From Alloascoidea hylecoeti (Eukaryota), in the NCBI GenBank assembly GCA_001600815.1, contig BCKZ01000021.1, positions 1 through 64,000 of the forward strand: 64,000 bases of DNA, read 5' to 3'. Every line of letters begins with the position of its first letter. Within the stretch, counting starts at the first letter, position 1. This document shows positions 23,974 through 34,451 of this stretch, in pieces. The position numbers and the translations under genes were made by a program. Below the pieces are notes generated by a model. It saw only the letters and a list, made by a program, of their open reading frames with translations. It had not been told where the DNA came from and did not search any database.

Positions 23974-24017
23974 TTTATATAATGATTTTCTCTGTGACTC
24001 AGACGGGCCGTAACGGC
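23974..24017 (-). promoter_or_regulatory. LEU2 promoter: TATA, Gcn4 site and CCG/CGG zinc-cluster-like palindrome
   Basis: TATATAA at about 23974-23981, TGACTCA at 23995-24001, GCCGTAACGGC at 24007-24017. Confidence 0.6.
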
Positions 24018-24189
24018 TTTAATTAACCTTGTGTTTACCCGGCCTCAATCCACCATACTTATTACTTATAATTAAGTTTACATAAAGGGAACATTTATAA
24101 ATTTTATAGTATTCCGAAACGTGAAAATATAGATATCGATAATAATAATTGAGAGAAAGAACTAAAAGATATATATCCTAGGTTACAAT

Positions 24190-25893
24190 CTAAAAGCCAT
24201 GCTCGCCAGCTTCGCATACTTTAATAGACCTACCCCATTCGCTATTTAAAACCTGCTTGGCAGTAATTCTTCTAGATGGAACAGGATCCAAAATAGAGTA
24301 AATGACATTCCTACACCTTGATCTCTTCAGTTGCTCTATAGGCTCATAACCGCCCTCGCTTTTCCGGCCCTCAAGATAACGTTTATAAAATTCATCCTCA
24401 TCAGCAATTGCAACATGCCATAATTGACGGCCAGTTCTCATAGCCATGTAAATAACACCACAAGACCAAACGTCAACTGGACGAGGGTCAAATTCATCGT
24501 CTGTGTATTCTTCCGGGGAAATATAAGGTGCAGATCCACAAACCCCAGACGATTTATGAACCTCTTTTTCCCAGGCAATTCTAAAGCACTCACTATTACC
24601 AAAATCAGTGACTTTCAGAGATCCGTTAGCAGATAACAATAGATTTTCAGGCTTCAAATCACGATGAACAACCCCCATTTCATGCATATACATTACAGCT
24701 TTCATTAATTGTTTGAAAAAGCAGTCAGCTTCGACGGCTTCTAATTTACCAGCAGAAACAATTAAACTGTATAAATCTCCACCTGTACAAAACTCCATGA
24801 CTTGACAAAAATCACCCTTTGCATCCTTTAACAAATCAAGGGTTCTGATTATATTCGGATGGTGTAAGCTAGAGCTAATGCAAAATTCACTTGTGAGTCT
24901 TCGATTATATTTTTTCTCATTTTCTTGTGGTTTCTTTCTGAATTCTTTAACTGCAAATAGTTGTTCATCGCCATCGACATGTTTATGAGATACACGAACA
25001 ACACCGAATGCACCTCTACCAATTTCTTCCTGGCAACGACCATACTTTTCAGCAAAAGATCGAGGATCTAGAATGGTTGTTCCCTCTTTTCCATCGGGCA
25101 TATCTTGACCAATAATACCATTAATTTGGGGGGAATTATTTTCTATGTTATTTGAATCCTGGTAAAACCCTGGCAGAGCTGAAACAGCACCATCACGAAG
25201 CTTCTTAGCACCTAAAAAATCTTTTATTATACTACCGAATCTTTCTTGTCTCCTTCTATTTTTAAGGTAATGTTCATGCTTACCATTTTCGAGCAATTGA
25301 AATCTCGGTACACCCTTATCTCTTGCAGAGGCCGTAGAACTACTCTGAGACCGAGATGAAGAAGTAGAAGCAGATGATTCAGATCTTTTAACAGTAGGAG
25401 GACCCAGGAGATTTTTGATTTCTTGATGTGTTGACCCCTTTTCCTCTGGGTGTTTAATGGATTTGACTGATTTTGTACGATTTGAGGCATGGTGTTGCTG
25501 TTGCTGTTGAATTTGAGACACTTCACCTTCTTCTGGGAAAACCGAAAGACTTATAGTGGATTTGACACTTTTATAACTTCTTTCGCTTGAGGTACTATTT
25601 GACCTATTTTTTCGTGAACGATCACGAGAAGGTTGTCGTTGGAACTCCACAGCTTTTGAGGCTGAAACATTTGTGCTTAGAGTGGTTGAGGTAGAACCAC
25701 CAACAAGTATTTTCGTGAGTTTACTTATAGTAGATCTCCTTGGTGCCGTATCTTTATGATCCTTAGACTGAGTGGATTGGGCGGGACGCTCAGTTTTTGG
25801 AATAACACCTTTTACATCCGGGCGAAACGATGCATCTTTAACTGAATTTTTCGCTGACGTTGTGGAAGGGGGAAGAGCCGAGCTTGGACCCAT
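24190..25893 (-). CDS. SAT4: Hal4/Sat4-family Ser/Thr kinase
   Basis: KYGRCQEEIGRGAFGVV, RLTSEFCISSSLHHPNII, DFGNSECFRIAWE, EFDPRPVDVWS, VCEAGEHGF. Confidence 0.9.
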   Translation of the reverse strand: MGPSSALPPSTTSAKNSVKDASFRPDVKGVIPKTERPAQSTQSKDHKDTAPRRSTISKLTKILVGGSTSTTLSTNVSASKAVEFQRQPSRDRSRKNRSNSTSSERSYKSVKSTISLSVFPEEGEVSQIQQQQQHHASNRTKSVKSIKHPEEKGSTHQEIKNLLGPPTVKRSESSASTSSSRSQSSSTASARDKGVPRFQLLENGKHEHYLKNRRRQERFGSIIKDFLGAKKLRDGAVSALPGFYQDSNNIENNSPQINGIIGQDMPDGKEGTTILDPRSFAEKYGRCQEEIGRGAFGVVRVSHKHVDGDEQLFAVKEFRKKPQENEKKYNRRLTSEFCISSSLHHPNIIRTLDLLKDAKGDFCQVMEFCTGGDLYSLIVSAGKLEAVEADCFFKQLMKAVMYMHEMGVVHRDLKPENLLLSANGSLKVTDFGNSECFRIAWEKEVHKSSGVCGSAPYISPEEYTDDEFDPRPVDVWSCGVIYMAMRTGRQLWHVAIADEDEFYKRYLEGRKSEGGYEPIEQLKRSRCRNVIYSILDPVPSRRITAKQVLNSEWGRSIKVCEAGEHGF

Positions 25894-26397
25894 ATATTGT
25901 TATTGGAAGAACAAACGAGCAAAAAGCAATAACTGGAAGACTTCTAGCCTTACTATGTGATAAAACAAAGGTGCGGGAACAATGGACTCTTCGTGGTAAT
26001 ACCCAAGAGAATAAGTAGTAGTAGAAAGGGAGGAATAAAAGCTTTTTAAGCAGAAGTTTCGGGGATCAGGCCGAGAGATGCCAGGCAGCAGTGGCTACAA
26101 AAATTCGGACCCGGGACGGCAGAAACGAGAAATGAGGAGGTTTGGGGGTTGGAAAGGGCCACTTAAAATAGTAAGACAAGAAGCAGAGGAGGAGAAAGGA
26201 GGAAGAGCAGAAATTCGAAGAATATTATATTAATATAATTTTAAGCGGAGGAGGCAATTGGTGATGTCATAAAATGTTTTGTTCCTGTTTTTGGCCTGTA
26301 ATGCAGCTTTGTATTGGTGCACGTGATGCCATATTTATATCTATAGCTATAAGTTTATAAAACATAATATACAAGCAATAAATATATTCTGTAGTAT

Positions 26398-27390
26398 TCA
26401 ACCTGTTTTCAACGTTTTGTGGGCTGGTATCCTGTGACGTAAAAATACAGAACCAGATCCTCTTATTGAAGTAGAATGCCTAGAGTCCTCAGGAATGTCT
26501 TCATTTTCCTCTATAATTGTGCCGATGCTGCCTTCAAATATAGATCCCGAAGAATTAGGCTGTGATCCACGTTGTTCATAATCTTTCTCTAAGTTCGAAG
26601 ACGACTTGTTGTATCCATATCCATCATCATCTTCATAAAAAGTCGTACCATCAATCAAGGAGTTCTGTTGTGGATTGTTAAGCCCGCCAGGTTGGAAAGT
26701 CGATAGTTGTTTTATGGGCGATAAGTCTAGATACTGGTGGCCATATTGACTATAATCCTTTGTAACACCAGCACCTTTAGATTTTAAATATGGTTTAACA
26801 TCATTACTAGAGTTCACATTCCCGGAAGATTGTGAAATACCATTCAATTGCAATGTTATCTTTTGTGCTTGCCCCGTGCCTTTAAACGTCACAAATCTTT
26901 TAATCAGTAATATTAATATCCCTGTAATTACACCGGTACATAATCCCATGATAGTAGCCGATCCCAGATATTCGTAGCCTAGGAGTAGAGTTTCCGATAA
27001 ATCTGTTCGCTTATCATATCCCAATTTTAACGGCAGTAGCAAGGGAAACATCACAGTATAATATAAAACTGTCAGAAAATTGATTAGCGGGAGTAAGAGT
27101 ACATATAACACTGTCCCAATTATATGTATCAACGTTATTGTAATAGTAACTATTGGTGATATAAGTCCTCTACTTATGATACACGATATTAACCATAAGA
27201 GCCATTTACCAGAATAAAGCAAACCCATTAAAGTCTGCCCCACAGCAGCATATAGAAGATAGCCTGTTCGTCTCACACAGGATAGTAACGGATAAAGTAC
27301 ATATGATGACAAATGAGTACCAAATACCTTTAACTTATCAAGTAAATTTATTGTTTTTTCAAAAGATCCAATATCATTAATATTGGCCAT
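26398..27390 (-). CDS. Membrane protein with hydrophobic N-half and Ser/acidic tail; possible Ldb16 homologue
   Basis: Long ORF; FPLLLPLKL...YEYLGSATIMGLCTGVITGIL resembles the Ldb16 transmembrane region as recalled; lies among CEN3-linked genes. Confidence 0.55.
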   Translation of the reverse strand: MANINDIGSFEKTINLLDKLKVFGTHLSSYVLYPLLSCVRRTGYLLYAAVGQTLMGLLYSGKWLLWLISCIISRGLISPIVTITITLIHIIGTVLYVLLLPLINFLTVLYYTVMFPLLLPLKLGYDKRTDLSETLLLGYEYLGSATIMGLCTGVITGILILLIKRFVTFKGTGQAQKITLQLNGISQSSGNVNSSNDVKPYLKSKGAGVTKDYSQYGHQYLDLSPIKQLSTFQPGGLNNPQQNSLIDGTTFYEDDDGYGYNKSSSNLEKDYEQRGSQPNSSGSIFEGSIGTIIEENEDIPEDSRHSTSIRGSGSVFLRHRIPAHKTLKTG

Positions 27391-27473
27391 CTCTAAGTTT
27401 AAATGATAACAACACAAGGATTACATAATCATTTTTTCCAATTTCTTAAGTGATTACCCGGACTATAATAACC

Positions 27474-27484
27474 TGAAAAGTTTT
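27474..27484 (+). promoter_or_regulatory. RRPE-like element upstream of GCD10
   Basis: TGAAAAGTTTT about 40 bp upstream of the ATG of a tRNA-modification gene. Confidence 0.4.
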
Positions 27485-27524
27485 GAAATGAGAAGACTTC
27501 ATTACGAATTGCAATATTTATAAA

Positions 27525-28955
27525 ATGGAGAAAGATTCTCCCATGGATATTGATGTCGAGGCCATATCAGCCCAACTTAAACCAAATTCCTCTTATCTTA
27601 GTTTAGACAATAAACTCAATATTGATACTAATGCATTCAAGACGATTACTGCAAACTCATACTGTCTTATTCGCTTACCATCTGAAGCTTCAAAAATTGT
27701 GCACCTAAAACCTGGATCCCAAATAAATATCGGAAAATTTGGAATTTTTAATGCCGATTGTATAATAGGGCATGCTTATGGTGATACATTTGAAATTATA
27801 GATGAAGATAATCTAATAACTGTCCCTGGTGGAGTCTATTCAAACGCTACTGACAAGGAAGAAAATGAAGAAGATATACCAGAATTTGAGGTTGGAAGTA
27901 GCACAGACAATAAACAAATATTTGATGTTGGATCTCAAATACAAGGGCTATCTATGGAAGAAATTGAGGGCTTGAAGAAAGCCACTGCTGACAGTAAAGA
28001 TGGTGGTAGATCCATTATTGAAAAAGTGATTCAAAGTCATAAAGCTTTTGATAAAAAAACAATCTATTCACAGCAAAAATACTTGAGAAGAAAGCAGCAA
28101 AAGTTTTTAAGAAGATTCAGATGTGATTATCTTGGTTCGACACAACTAGTTGAATATTTTTTATATAAGGATCCCGCCAAAATATTAGAGATAAGTGTGG
28201 AATCATTGGGTTTAATGATGAATTTAGCGAATATACAACCGGGCGGCAGATATTTAGTTCTAGATGATACAACTGGCTTAATAGTGTATTCAATGATGGA
28301 AAGAATGCAAGGAAAAGGTTCAATTGTTCTTGCCCACGAAAATGAGCACCCAAATCTTGCAATTTTAAATTATAGTACTCAATATTCTGAAGTACTGCAA
28401 AAGAAAATGATAAAAACGATAAACTGGCTACAGTTTTTTGAGCCAGAAAACGAAAGGGAGCCAATTGAAGAACTTCCACAAAAGGAGCTTGACGAACTAA
28501 AAGCCAGTAAAAGATCTCGATTTTTCAGAAGACTAAAGAGAGCCCGTGAAATCAATGAAGCCATTGATATGGTTCAGGCAGGTGATTTTGATGCACTAGT
28601 AATTGCTACTACCTTTGATGTCCCTACTTTGGCCCCTAGAATATTAGACAAAGTCGGAGGATCTCGCCCAATTGTCATTTACAATCAATTTAAAGAATCA
28701 CTGATTGAAACATCTCATGCTTTACAAAAAGATTTAAGAGTACTAGCACCAACTATACTAGAAACAAGAGTCAGACCTTACCAAACTATCCCGGGTCGAC
28801 TTCACCCAGTCATGACAATGCGCGGTGGAGGTGGTTATTTGTTATGGGGAACAAGAGTCTATCCAAGAGAAGTCCATGCAGTTGGTCGCGGCGGTGCGAA
28901 GCGAAAAAAGCAAAAAGTCGAGGAGAGAATTAATGGAAAGGAATCTAAAAGCTAG
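27525..28955 (+). CDS. GCD10: tRNA m1A58 methyltransferase non-catalytic subunit Trm6
   Basis: FDKKTIYSQQKYLRRKQQKF, ETRVRPYQTIPGRLHPVMTMRGGGGY. Confidence 0.95.
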   Translation: MEKDSPMDIDVEAISAQLKPNSSYLSLDNKLNIDTNAFKTITANSYCLIRLPSEASKIVHLKPGSQINIGKFGIFNADCIIGHAYGDTFEIIDEDNLITVPGGVYSNATDKEENEEDIPEFEVGSSTDNKQIFDVGSQIQGLSMEEIEGLKKATADSKDGGRSIIEKVIQSHKAFDKKTIYSQQKYLRRKQQKFLRRFRCDYLGSTQLVEYFLYKDPAKILEISVESLGLMMNLANIQPGGRYLVLDDTTGLIVYSMMERMQGKGSIVLAHENEHPNLAILNYSTQYSEVLQKKMIKTINWLQFFEPENEREPIEELPQKELDELKASKRSRFFRRLKRAREINEAIDMVQAGDFDALVIATTFDVPTLAPRILDKVGGSRPIVIYNQFKESLIETSHALQKDLRVLAPTILETRVRPYQTIPGRLHPVMTMRGGGGYLLWGTRVYPREVHAVGRGGAKRKKQKVEERINGKESKS

Positions 28956-29070
28956 ATTATCGTCATGTTTGTATAATTATAGAAAGAACTTGCATTTTAT
29001 GTATCCTATAAATAGTAAATGAAATTAAGTTATATTTTTTTCTCCTTATCTACAGTTATGTTCAGTTATG

Positions 29071-30018
29071 TTAATGATCAAATATATGAGTGCATAAACT
29101 CGAAAGCTTCTTCCAGTTAGAATTAGCTTTCCAATAAGCTACTGCTCTTGGTTTTTCAGCTGAGTCATATATAGCCCCAACTTCCCAGCATGATTTATTA
29201 CTCTTATTGTAGTTAAAGATTATATCTTTTGTTTCTTCAATTTGAGAAATATCCCCAACTTCACAAATGCAAAACCCTGTTCTAGTTGGAAGAACAAAAT
29301 TGAAAAAAATGGATTTGTAAAACTCTATTCCACCAACAAGAGCCATTTTAGGTTCGTATAATCTAACAGATTTCTCCGTCTGAGATGATGTATAGGCTTC
29401 CTCTGGTATGTATGGGGGATTGGCTGTTATTAGGTCAAAGGATCGATGTTCCATATCCAATGTTGGACTCAATATATCGTTTTTTATAAACGAAGCACTT
29501 GCATTTGAACCAAATTTATCACATAATAACTTATTCCGTTGATAATTGGTTTTGGACAGTCGAATAGCGATATTGGATTTATCTATTCCAATCAAATTAA
29601 TCGGTTTATTTATCATTGATTTTAAAAGCAGTCCAATACACCCAGAACCTGAGCAAATATCAAGAACCCTTAAAGAATTCTTCAAATGAAGTTCAGCTTC
29701 CAGACTTGGTAAGCTCGTATTTATTAATTCTCCTAGACTTACACACCACTCTTCAGTTTCCCACCGTGGAATAAGGACTCCCTTCTGGCATTTTATATCT
29801 AGTGTTCCAAACGGCTGGGACCCCAAAATATATTGTAGAGGCATCAACTTTGATCGAGCTCTACAAGCCCAGTTCCATCGCGAAGAGTTCAGTTCTTGTT
29901 TAATCCATCTGAGCTCAATTTGGCTAGATTCTATGGTTCTATTTGCTTTTAGGAGAGGGAGAAGTAACGGATCAATGGTCTTTGCAGCATGGATAAGTTG
30001 TGGTGAGAGACGTGGCAT
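29071..30018 (-). CDS. MTQ1: Mitochondrial release factor N5-glutamine methyltransferase (HemK/PrmC)
   Basis: PLQYILGSQPFG, VLIPRWETEEW, LDICSGSGCI, NPPY; convergent with GCD10 as in S. cerevisiae. Confidence 0.92.
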   Translation of the reverse strand: MPRLSPQLIHAAKTIDPLLLPLLKANRTIESSQIELRWIKQELNSSRWNWACRARSKLMPLQYILGSQPFGTLDIKCQKGVLIPRWETEEWCVSLGELINTSLPSLEAELHLKNSLRVLDICSGSGCIGLLLKSMINKPINLIGIDKSNIAIRLSKTNYQRNKLLCDKFGSNASASFIKNDILSPTLDMEHRSFDLITANPPYIPEEAYTSSQTEKSVRLYEPKMALVGGIEFYKSIFFNFVLPTRTGFCICEVGDISQIEETKDIIFNYNKSNKSCWEVGAIYDSAEKPRAVAYWKANSNWKKLSSLCTHIFDH

Positions 30019-31215
30019 GTTCTATCTAAATCATTCGTTGAACTAATTCTTAACAATAGAAAATTTTGCAAGCCATTGAAAAATTGTTACTTACTACTCA
30101 GTGTACTAGTAAAAATTGGAAATCGATAGATATTTGCGTGTAAATTTCGTTCTTTGCAAAAGATAAATGAAAAATTCTTATAAGGAATTATTCGTCGTAA
30201 AGCAGTTAATAAGAAAGTTTGAAGTCAAATGTTGCATACTGGTAGTGGACTCGACTTGGCTTTTCTTTTTTTTATGTTAGATTTCAACTATAAATCGCAT
30301 GAAATTTATGCCTATAAATTAAATCTATCTCTGTAAATTATTATATATTTCAAATTAGTATTATAAATCGGATGACTATTTAACATTCTGTTATTTAGCA
30401 AAACTCGTTTAAATTTACATATTTCACATATCTTGCTATAGCTATTAACTATCTCACTTACGCATTCATTTCAAGATCAATTGATTAAAGCAGTTAAATC
30501 ACTTCAAACCATTTATATATATTATTAATTCCACTCAAATAATACTTATTAAAATTCATATAACTTATCCTCTCTAAATTACGAAAAATTCTCTACAGAG
30601 CCAAGATCAAATTAGTGTTTAAAACTTGTATACCTAGTTTATACTCTTTCTGGCTAGGATTCTTTTTGGACGATGAAAATCTGTCCAACCTACATGTATA
30701 TAAATTTATAATTTCTGTAGAATATATTTCGTATAGCTCCTCGAAAGTTTAGATATCATTTGACAAATGAAAAACTTTGATTGATGTGCCAAAAGGAAAA
30801 ACAGGTGAGCAAATGCTTATATAATATTTTGTTGGAAATAAATAATTTTGCTAATTTAGATATTTCTTCTTAAACCGATCGCTCCTTTAAAATTTGATAA
30901 TTTTTTGATACGATACTTTGTTAATTTCTCACTGATATTTTTCGAAACTACTGTATCACTACCAATAGCGAAAAAGCGCTACGTACCGTTAATTTATCCA
31001 ACATACTACAATTTCAAATGCTTCAATACCGATATAATACATAGTCACCATATATTTAATTTATTAATATACTAATCTAGTAAAATTGTGAATTATCAAG
31101 GTTTAAGAGTATAAGAACAAAATCACTGTTTTAGCCAAACAAATATATTCATATAGTTTAAAATAGTAATAAAGTTTTAGAGATCAATAAGGATATAAAA
31201 TGAAAAAGATGCGTA

Positions 31216-34185
31216 TTAGTTTTTGAAATCATTCGATTCCCATTTATTAGTTACTTTATTCTTTATTAATTCAGCGGTAGGGAAATAATGATAATTTGTT
31301 TTTAGTGAGCATGCAAATGGCACATTATCAAACGAAACCACTCTAAGTTTAACATAAGTATTTTCAGGAATTGATCTAACTTCTTTTAAAAATGCGTCCA
31401 AGTTTGGTGTAGGTACTTCATTTATATGAGTAATGAAGTTTGTAGTTGAAATTGAATACTGATAAGCTGGTGAGCCATCAGATATATGGGAGACATAAAC
31501 ACCCGAATTTAATTTTTTCATTTGTTGACGAACAGCCTGATGAGGTTTTTGTAAAACAGCACCACACCAAACCACAATATGGTCTGTTTCAATTCCTTCT
31601 ATTGGAACTGTGGGAACTTTTATTTTCATTTGTTTCTTTTGTCGAACAATTGTAAATTCCAATTCCTCGTTATCATACTGACCCCCTAAGTCAGAGACTT
31701 TTGTGACAATTTTATCATTGAGAGCTAAGATTATGTCACCTTCTGTAAGTACATTACAGGGACCAAAAGCAGTCTTATAAACAGAAAGTAACTGAACTCG
31801 ATCTCCAGATACTTGTAATATCTTCTTAATCCATTCCTCTGAAACGCCCCGAATTCTAGCTTGGACTATTTGAATTGCATAAAACTCAGTCTCCAAATAT
31901 CTCATGTTTTCTGGCACTTTCCCATTTATTTGAATATTTTTAATGACATTCTGTAAAGCGGTTATATCAATACCCATCTTATATTCCACATCTCGATATT
32001 CATTCGTTCTTTCACCCATGTATGATAGCCACAAAGCCCTAATGGTTCCATCTCTATCAGCCAAAACACCCGATCCACATTGTGATGCTAAATTAGTATC
32101 TACTGATACAGAATCAACATTTGTACCTCTATATCTTGGAGATGTAGGGTTAACGGGAATAGTGACTGTAGATATATCTGATACTTTTGTCTCTGATGAA
32201 ACAACTCTCAAATTATAGTTGTAACCAATGAACTGAACTTTATTACCTCTTTTCAAAGGAGTAATGCTAAATTTTGGCGTTTCGACAAGAGCTAACACAA
32301 GTGATGGGTCATAAGAAATAATGGTATAATTTTGCGAAGGATGCATAAATATTACTCTACCTGGAACAACGATGGATTCAGCAACAGTGACATGAACATC
32401 ACAAAGATCATGAGGTACGATATTTCGAGAGACTATAACATAGCCCCTTTCAGCATCAAGAACAACACCATAGCCTTTCTTCCTAGATTTTGGGTATCCA
32501 TCAAATTTCATGGGTATAAAGCATGCAACTTGTACAAAACTTCGCGATAAGCGAGCACACTCAGGCTCATCTATTGCAAGGTCGACGAATTTCGCCGATT
32601 GTGGCTCTAAAGGTATCATTGGTTTTGGCTTGCCGAGATCTGTAAAATCCCACAATCCAGTTTTATCATTCCTTTTCGCCAATCTAAAACTCGTATAGAA
32701 ATGACGATCAATATAAGCGATAGAAACATGATTAGTGTGCAAGTCGGTAATATGTCTATAACATATAGTTACTTTTTGAGAATCAGGAATTTGTTGCATC
32801 ACTTTTATTAAAACATCGAGATTGGGTGTTGGTTTATCATCTATGGAATCTAGAATCCACCCAGTTGTATCGGAACCATCAAGGTGGAAGGAACCCGAAG
32901 AAGAATTTATAAACACCCCCTTCACCGCAATAGCATATAGTCTTGCCATTTGATAACTCATATCATTAAAAGAGGCACCACATACTTCCAGATACCTATC
33001 TGGCGTAATTGCATGCAAATCCCCTACAGTACAAGAAACTTCAATGTTTTTACCACCACGTTGAATTAAAAGAGTAATATCTTTTCCAACAGACTCATCA
33101 AGTATTTCATCAACACGAATAAAAGAACCGATATCTTCGCCATCAATGGCCAATAAACAATCACCTTCTACTATTTTAGAAACACTAGGCCCTTCTGGTA
33201 ATACAGTTTCTGCAACGAGTAAACCGATCGCACCCGGGAACTTTTGACGAGCTAAGTGTTCTGCGTCTGGAGTTAAACCCAGTCTCTTACACTCGTCAAA
33301 TGGCCGTAAATACCACTGAACTTGAATAGTACCTCTCGTAATTGGTTTACACTGTTGGACGCACTCCAGAGCTCTTTTACCTCTATATAAGGGCAAAAAG
33401 AAATCGGTAGAAGATTCCGAGCTTCCCCCGGCTTGTAAAGCAATAGCGTTTCCATGAATATCAACAACTGGGGAACCACTAGATCCACCAGAAGCGCTTG
33501 CAGCGGCTTGAATATACTCAGTGTTGAAATCGTTGTAAGTGAGTCCACCGTAATCTGGAGCGTTTCTGTCTAAACGACTGATAAAACCAGATAGAATACT
33601 AAGCTTTTGACCGGCATCATTTCCAACGACACGAATTTCACATCCGACTTTAGCGAGATCGGGACGCAATGGTAGAGCTCTCACTTTCATATATTTAATT
33701 TTTGATGTATCGAATTGCAGCAGACCAAAATCATGAACAGGATCTCTATAAATAGGACGAACAGGACACTCCTCATGATTATCAAAGACTGCATAGCCCC
33801 AAAAAGGACCAGCTCCAACCACATGCCGGTTTGTGAGAATGATACCACGCTTTGAGTCGACCACGAAGCCCGTTGCTTCACTCACTACGGCTGAATCACA
33901 GTCGAAAGTAGCGACTTGGGAAAACTGGATTGCAACAACACTCTGAACGACGTCCTCGATAGTCTGCTGCCATTCGACCACTTCAGTGTCTGCTGAAAAT
34001 CGTCGTATAGAAGGCATGGTGGACTGAATAGGAGAATGTGACAATTCTGGGTCAGCAGTGCCATTGTTAGATTCTGGGATGCGATCTATGGAATTATATG
34101 CGAGCTTTCTTGTTTTCAATAATGGACCTTGAGGTCCTCCTACCAGGGGGGGCGAGCTGGGAAGTTTGCGCTTTATATGATCCAT
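31216..34185 (-). CDS. NMA111: HtrA-like nuclear serine protease Nma111
   Basis: ILTNRHVV, YRDPVHDFG, ASGGSSGSPV, PDZ domains, KTNYHYFPT; likely start MDHIKRK. Confidence 0.96.
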   Translation of the reverse strand: MDHIKRKLPSSPPLVGGPQGPLLKTRKLAYNSIDRIPESNNGTADPELSHSPIQSTMPSIRRFSADTEVVEWQQTIEDVVQSVVAIQFSQVATFDCDSAVVSEATGFVVDSKRGIILTNRHVVGAGPFWGYAVFDNHEECPVRPIYRDPVHDFGLLQFDTSKIKYMKVRALPLRPDLAKVGCEIRVVGNDAGQKLSILSGFISRLDRNAPDYGGLTYNDFNTEYIQAAASASGGSSGSPVVDIHGNAIALQAGGSSESSTDFFLPLYRGKRALECVQQCKPITRGTIQVQWYLRPFDECKRLGLTPDAEHLARQKFPGAIGLLVAETVLPEGPSVSKIVEGDCLLAIDGEDIGSFIRVDEILDESVGKDITLLIQRGGKNIEVSCTVGDLHAITPDRYLEVCGASFNDMSYQMARLYAIAVKGVFINSSSGSFHLDGSDTTGWILDSIDDKPTPNLDVLIKVMQQIPDSQKVTICYRHITDLHTNHVSIAYIDRHFYTSFRLAKRNDKTGLWDFTDLGKPKPMIPLEPQSAKFVDLAIDEPECARLSRSFVQVACFIPMKFDGYPKSRKKGYGVVLDAERGYVIVSRNIVPHDLCDVHVTVAESIVVPGRVIFMHPSQNYTIISYDPSLVLALVETPKFSITPLKRGNKVQFIGYNYNLRVVSSETKVSDISTVTIPVNPTSPRYRGTNVDSVSVDTNLASQCGSGVLADRDGTIRALWLSYMGERTNEYRDVEYKMGIDITALQNVIKNIQINGKVPENMRYLETEFYAIQIVQARIRGVSEEWIKKILQVSGDRVQLLSVYKTAFGPCNVLTEGDIILALNDKIVTKVSDLGGQYDNEELEFTIVRQKKQMKIKVPTVPIEGIETDHIVVWCGAVLQKPHQAVRQQMKKLNSGVYVSHISDGSPAYQYSISTTNFITHINEVPTPNLDAFLKEVRSIPENTYVKLRVVSFDNVPFACSLKTNYHYFPTAELIKNKVTNKWESNDFKN

Positions 34186-34451
34186 GGCAGGACGAGTAGG
34201 AGTAGAAGATATGGAGAAAAGTGACCGCTTATTGAGTGAAAGCAGACAAAATAGTGCTTTTCTCATACAACAAGAAAAAAATTCAGAACACCCAAATGTT
34301 AGCATTCATAAAAGTGAAAGATTACCAAATCAATTACATAATATGCACACAGCGCATGCGTGGTTATGCCATATGGCTCTTTTGTCATGATCTCAGATCC
34401 ACACACTTTTTTTTCCACATTATTTCTTCTGCTTTCTATTTCCCACGAGCA

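Noticed and set aside
30019..31215. 1.2-kb AT-rich gap between MTQ1 and NMA111
   Set aside because: No ORF, spliced model, repeat or RNA motif that I could support
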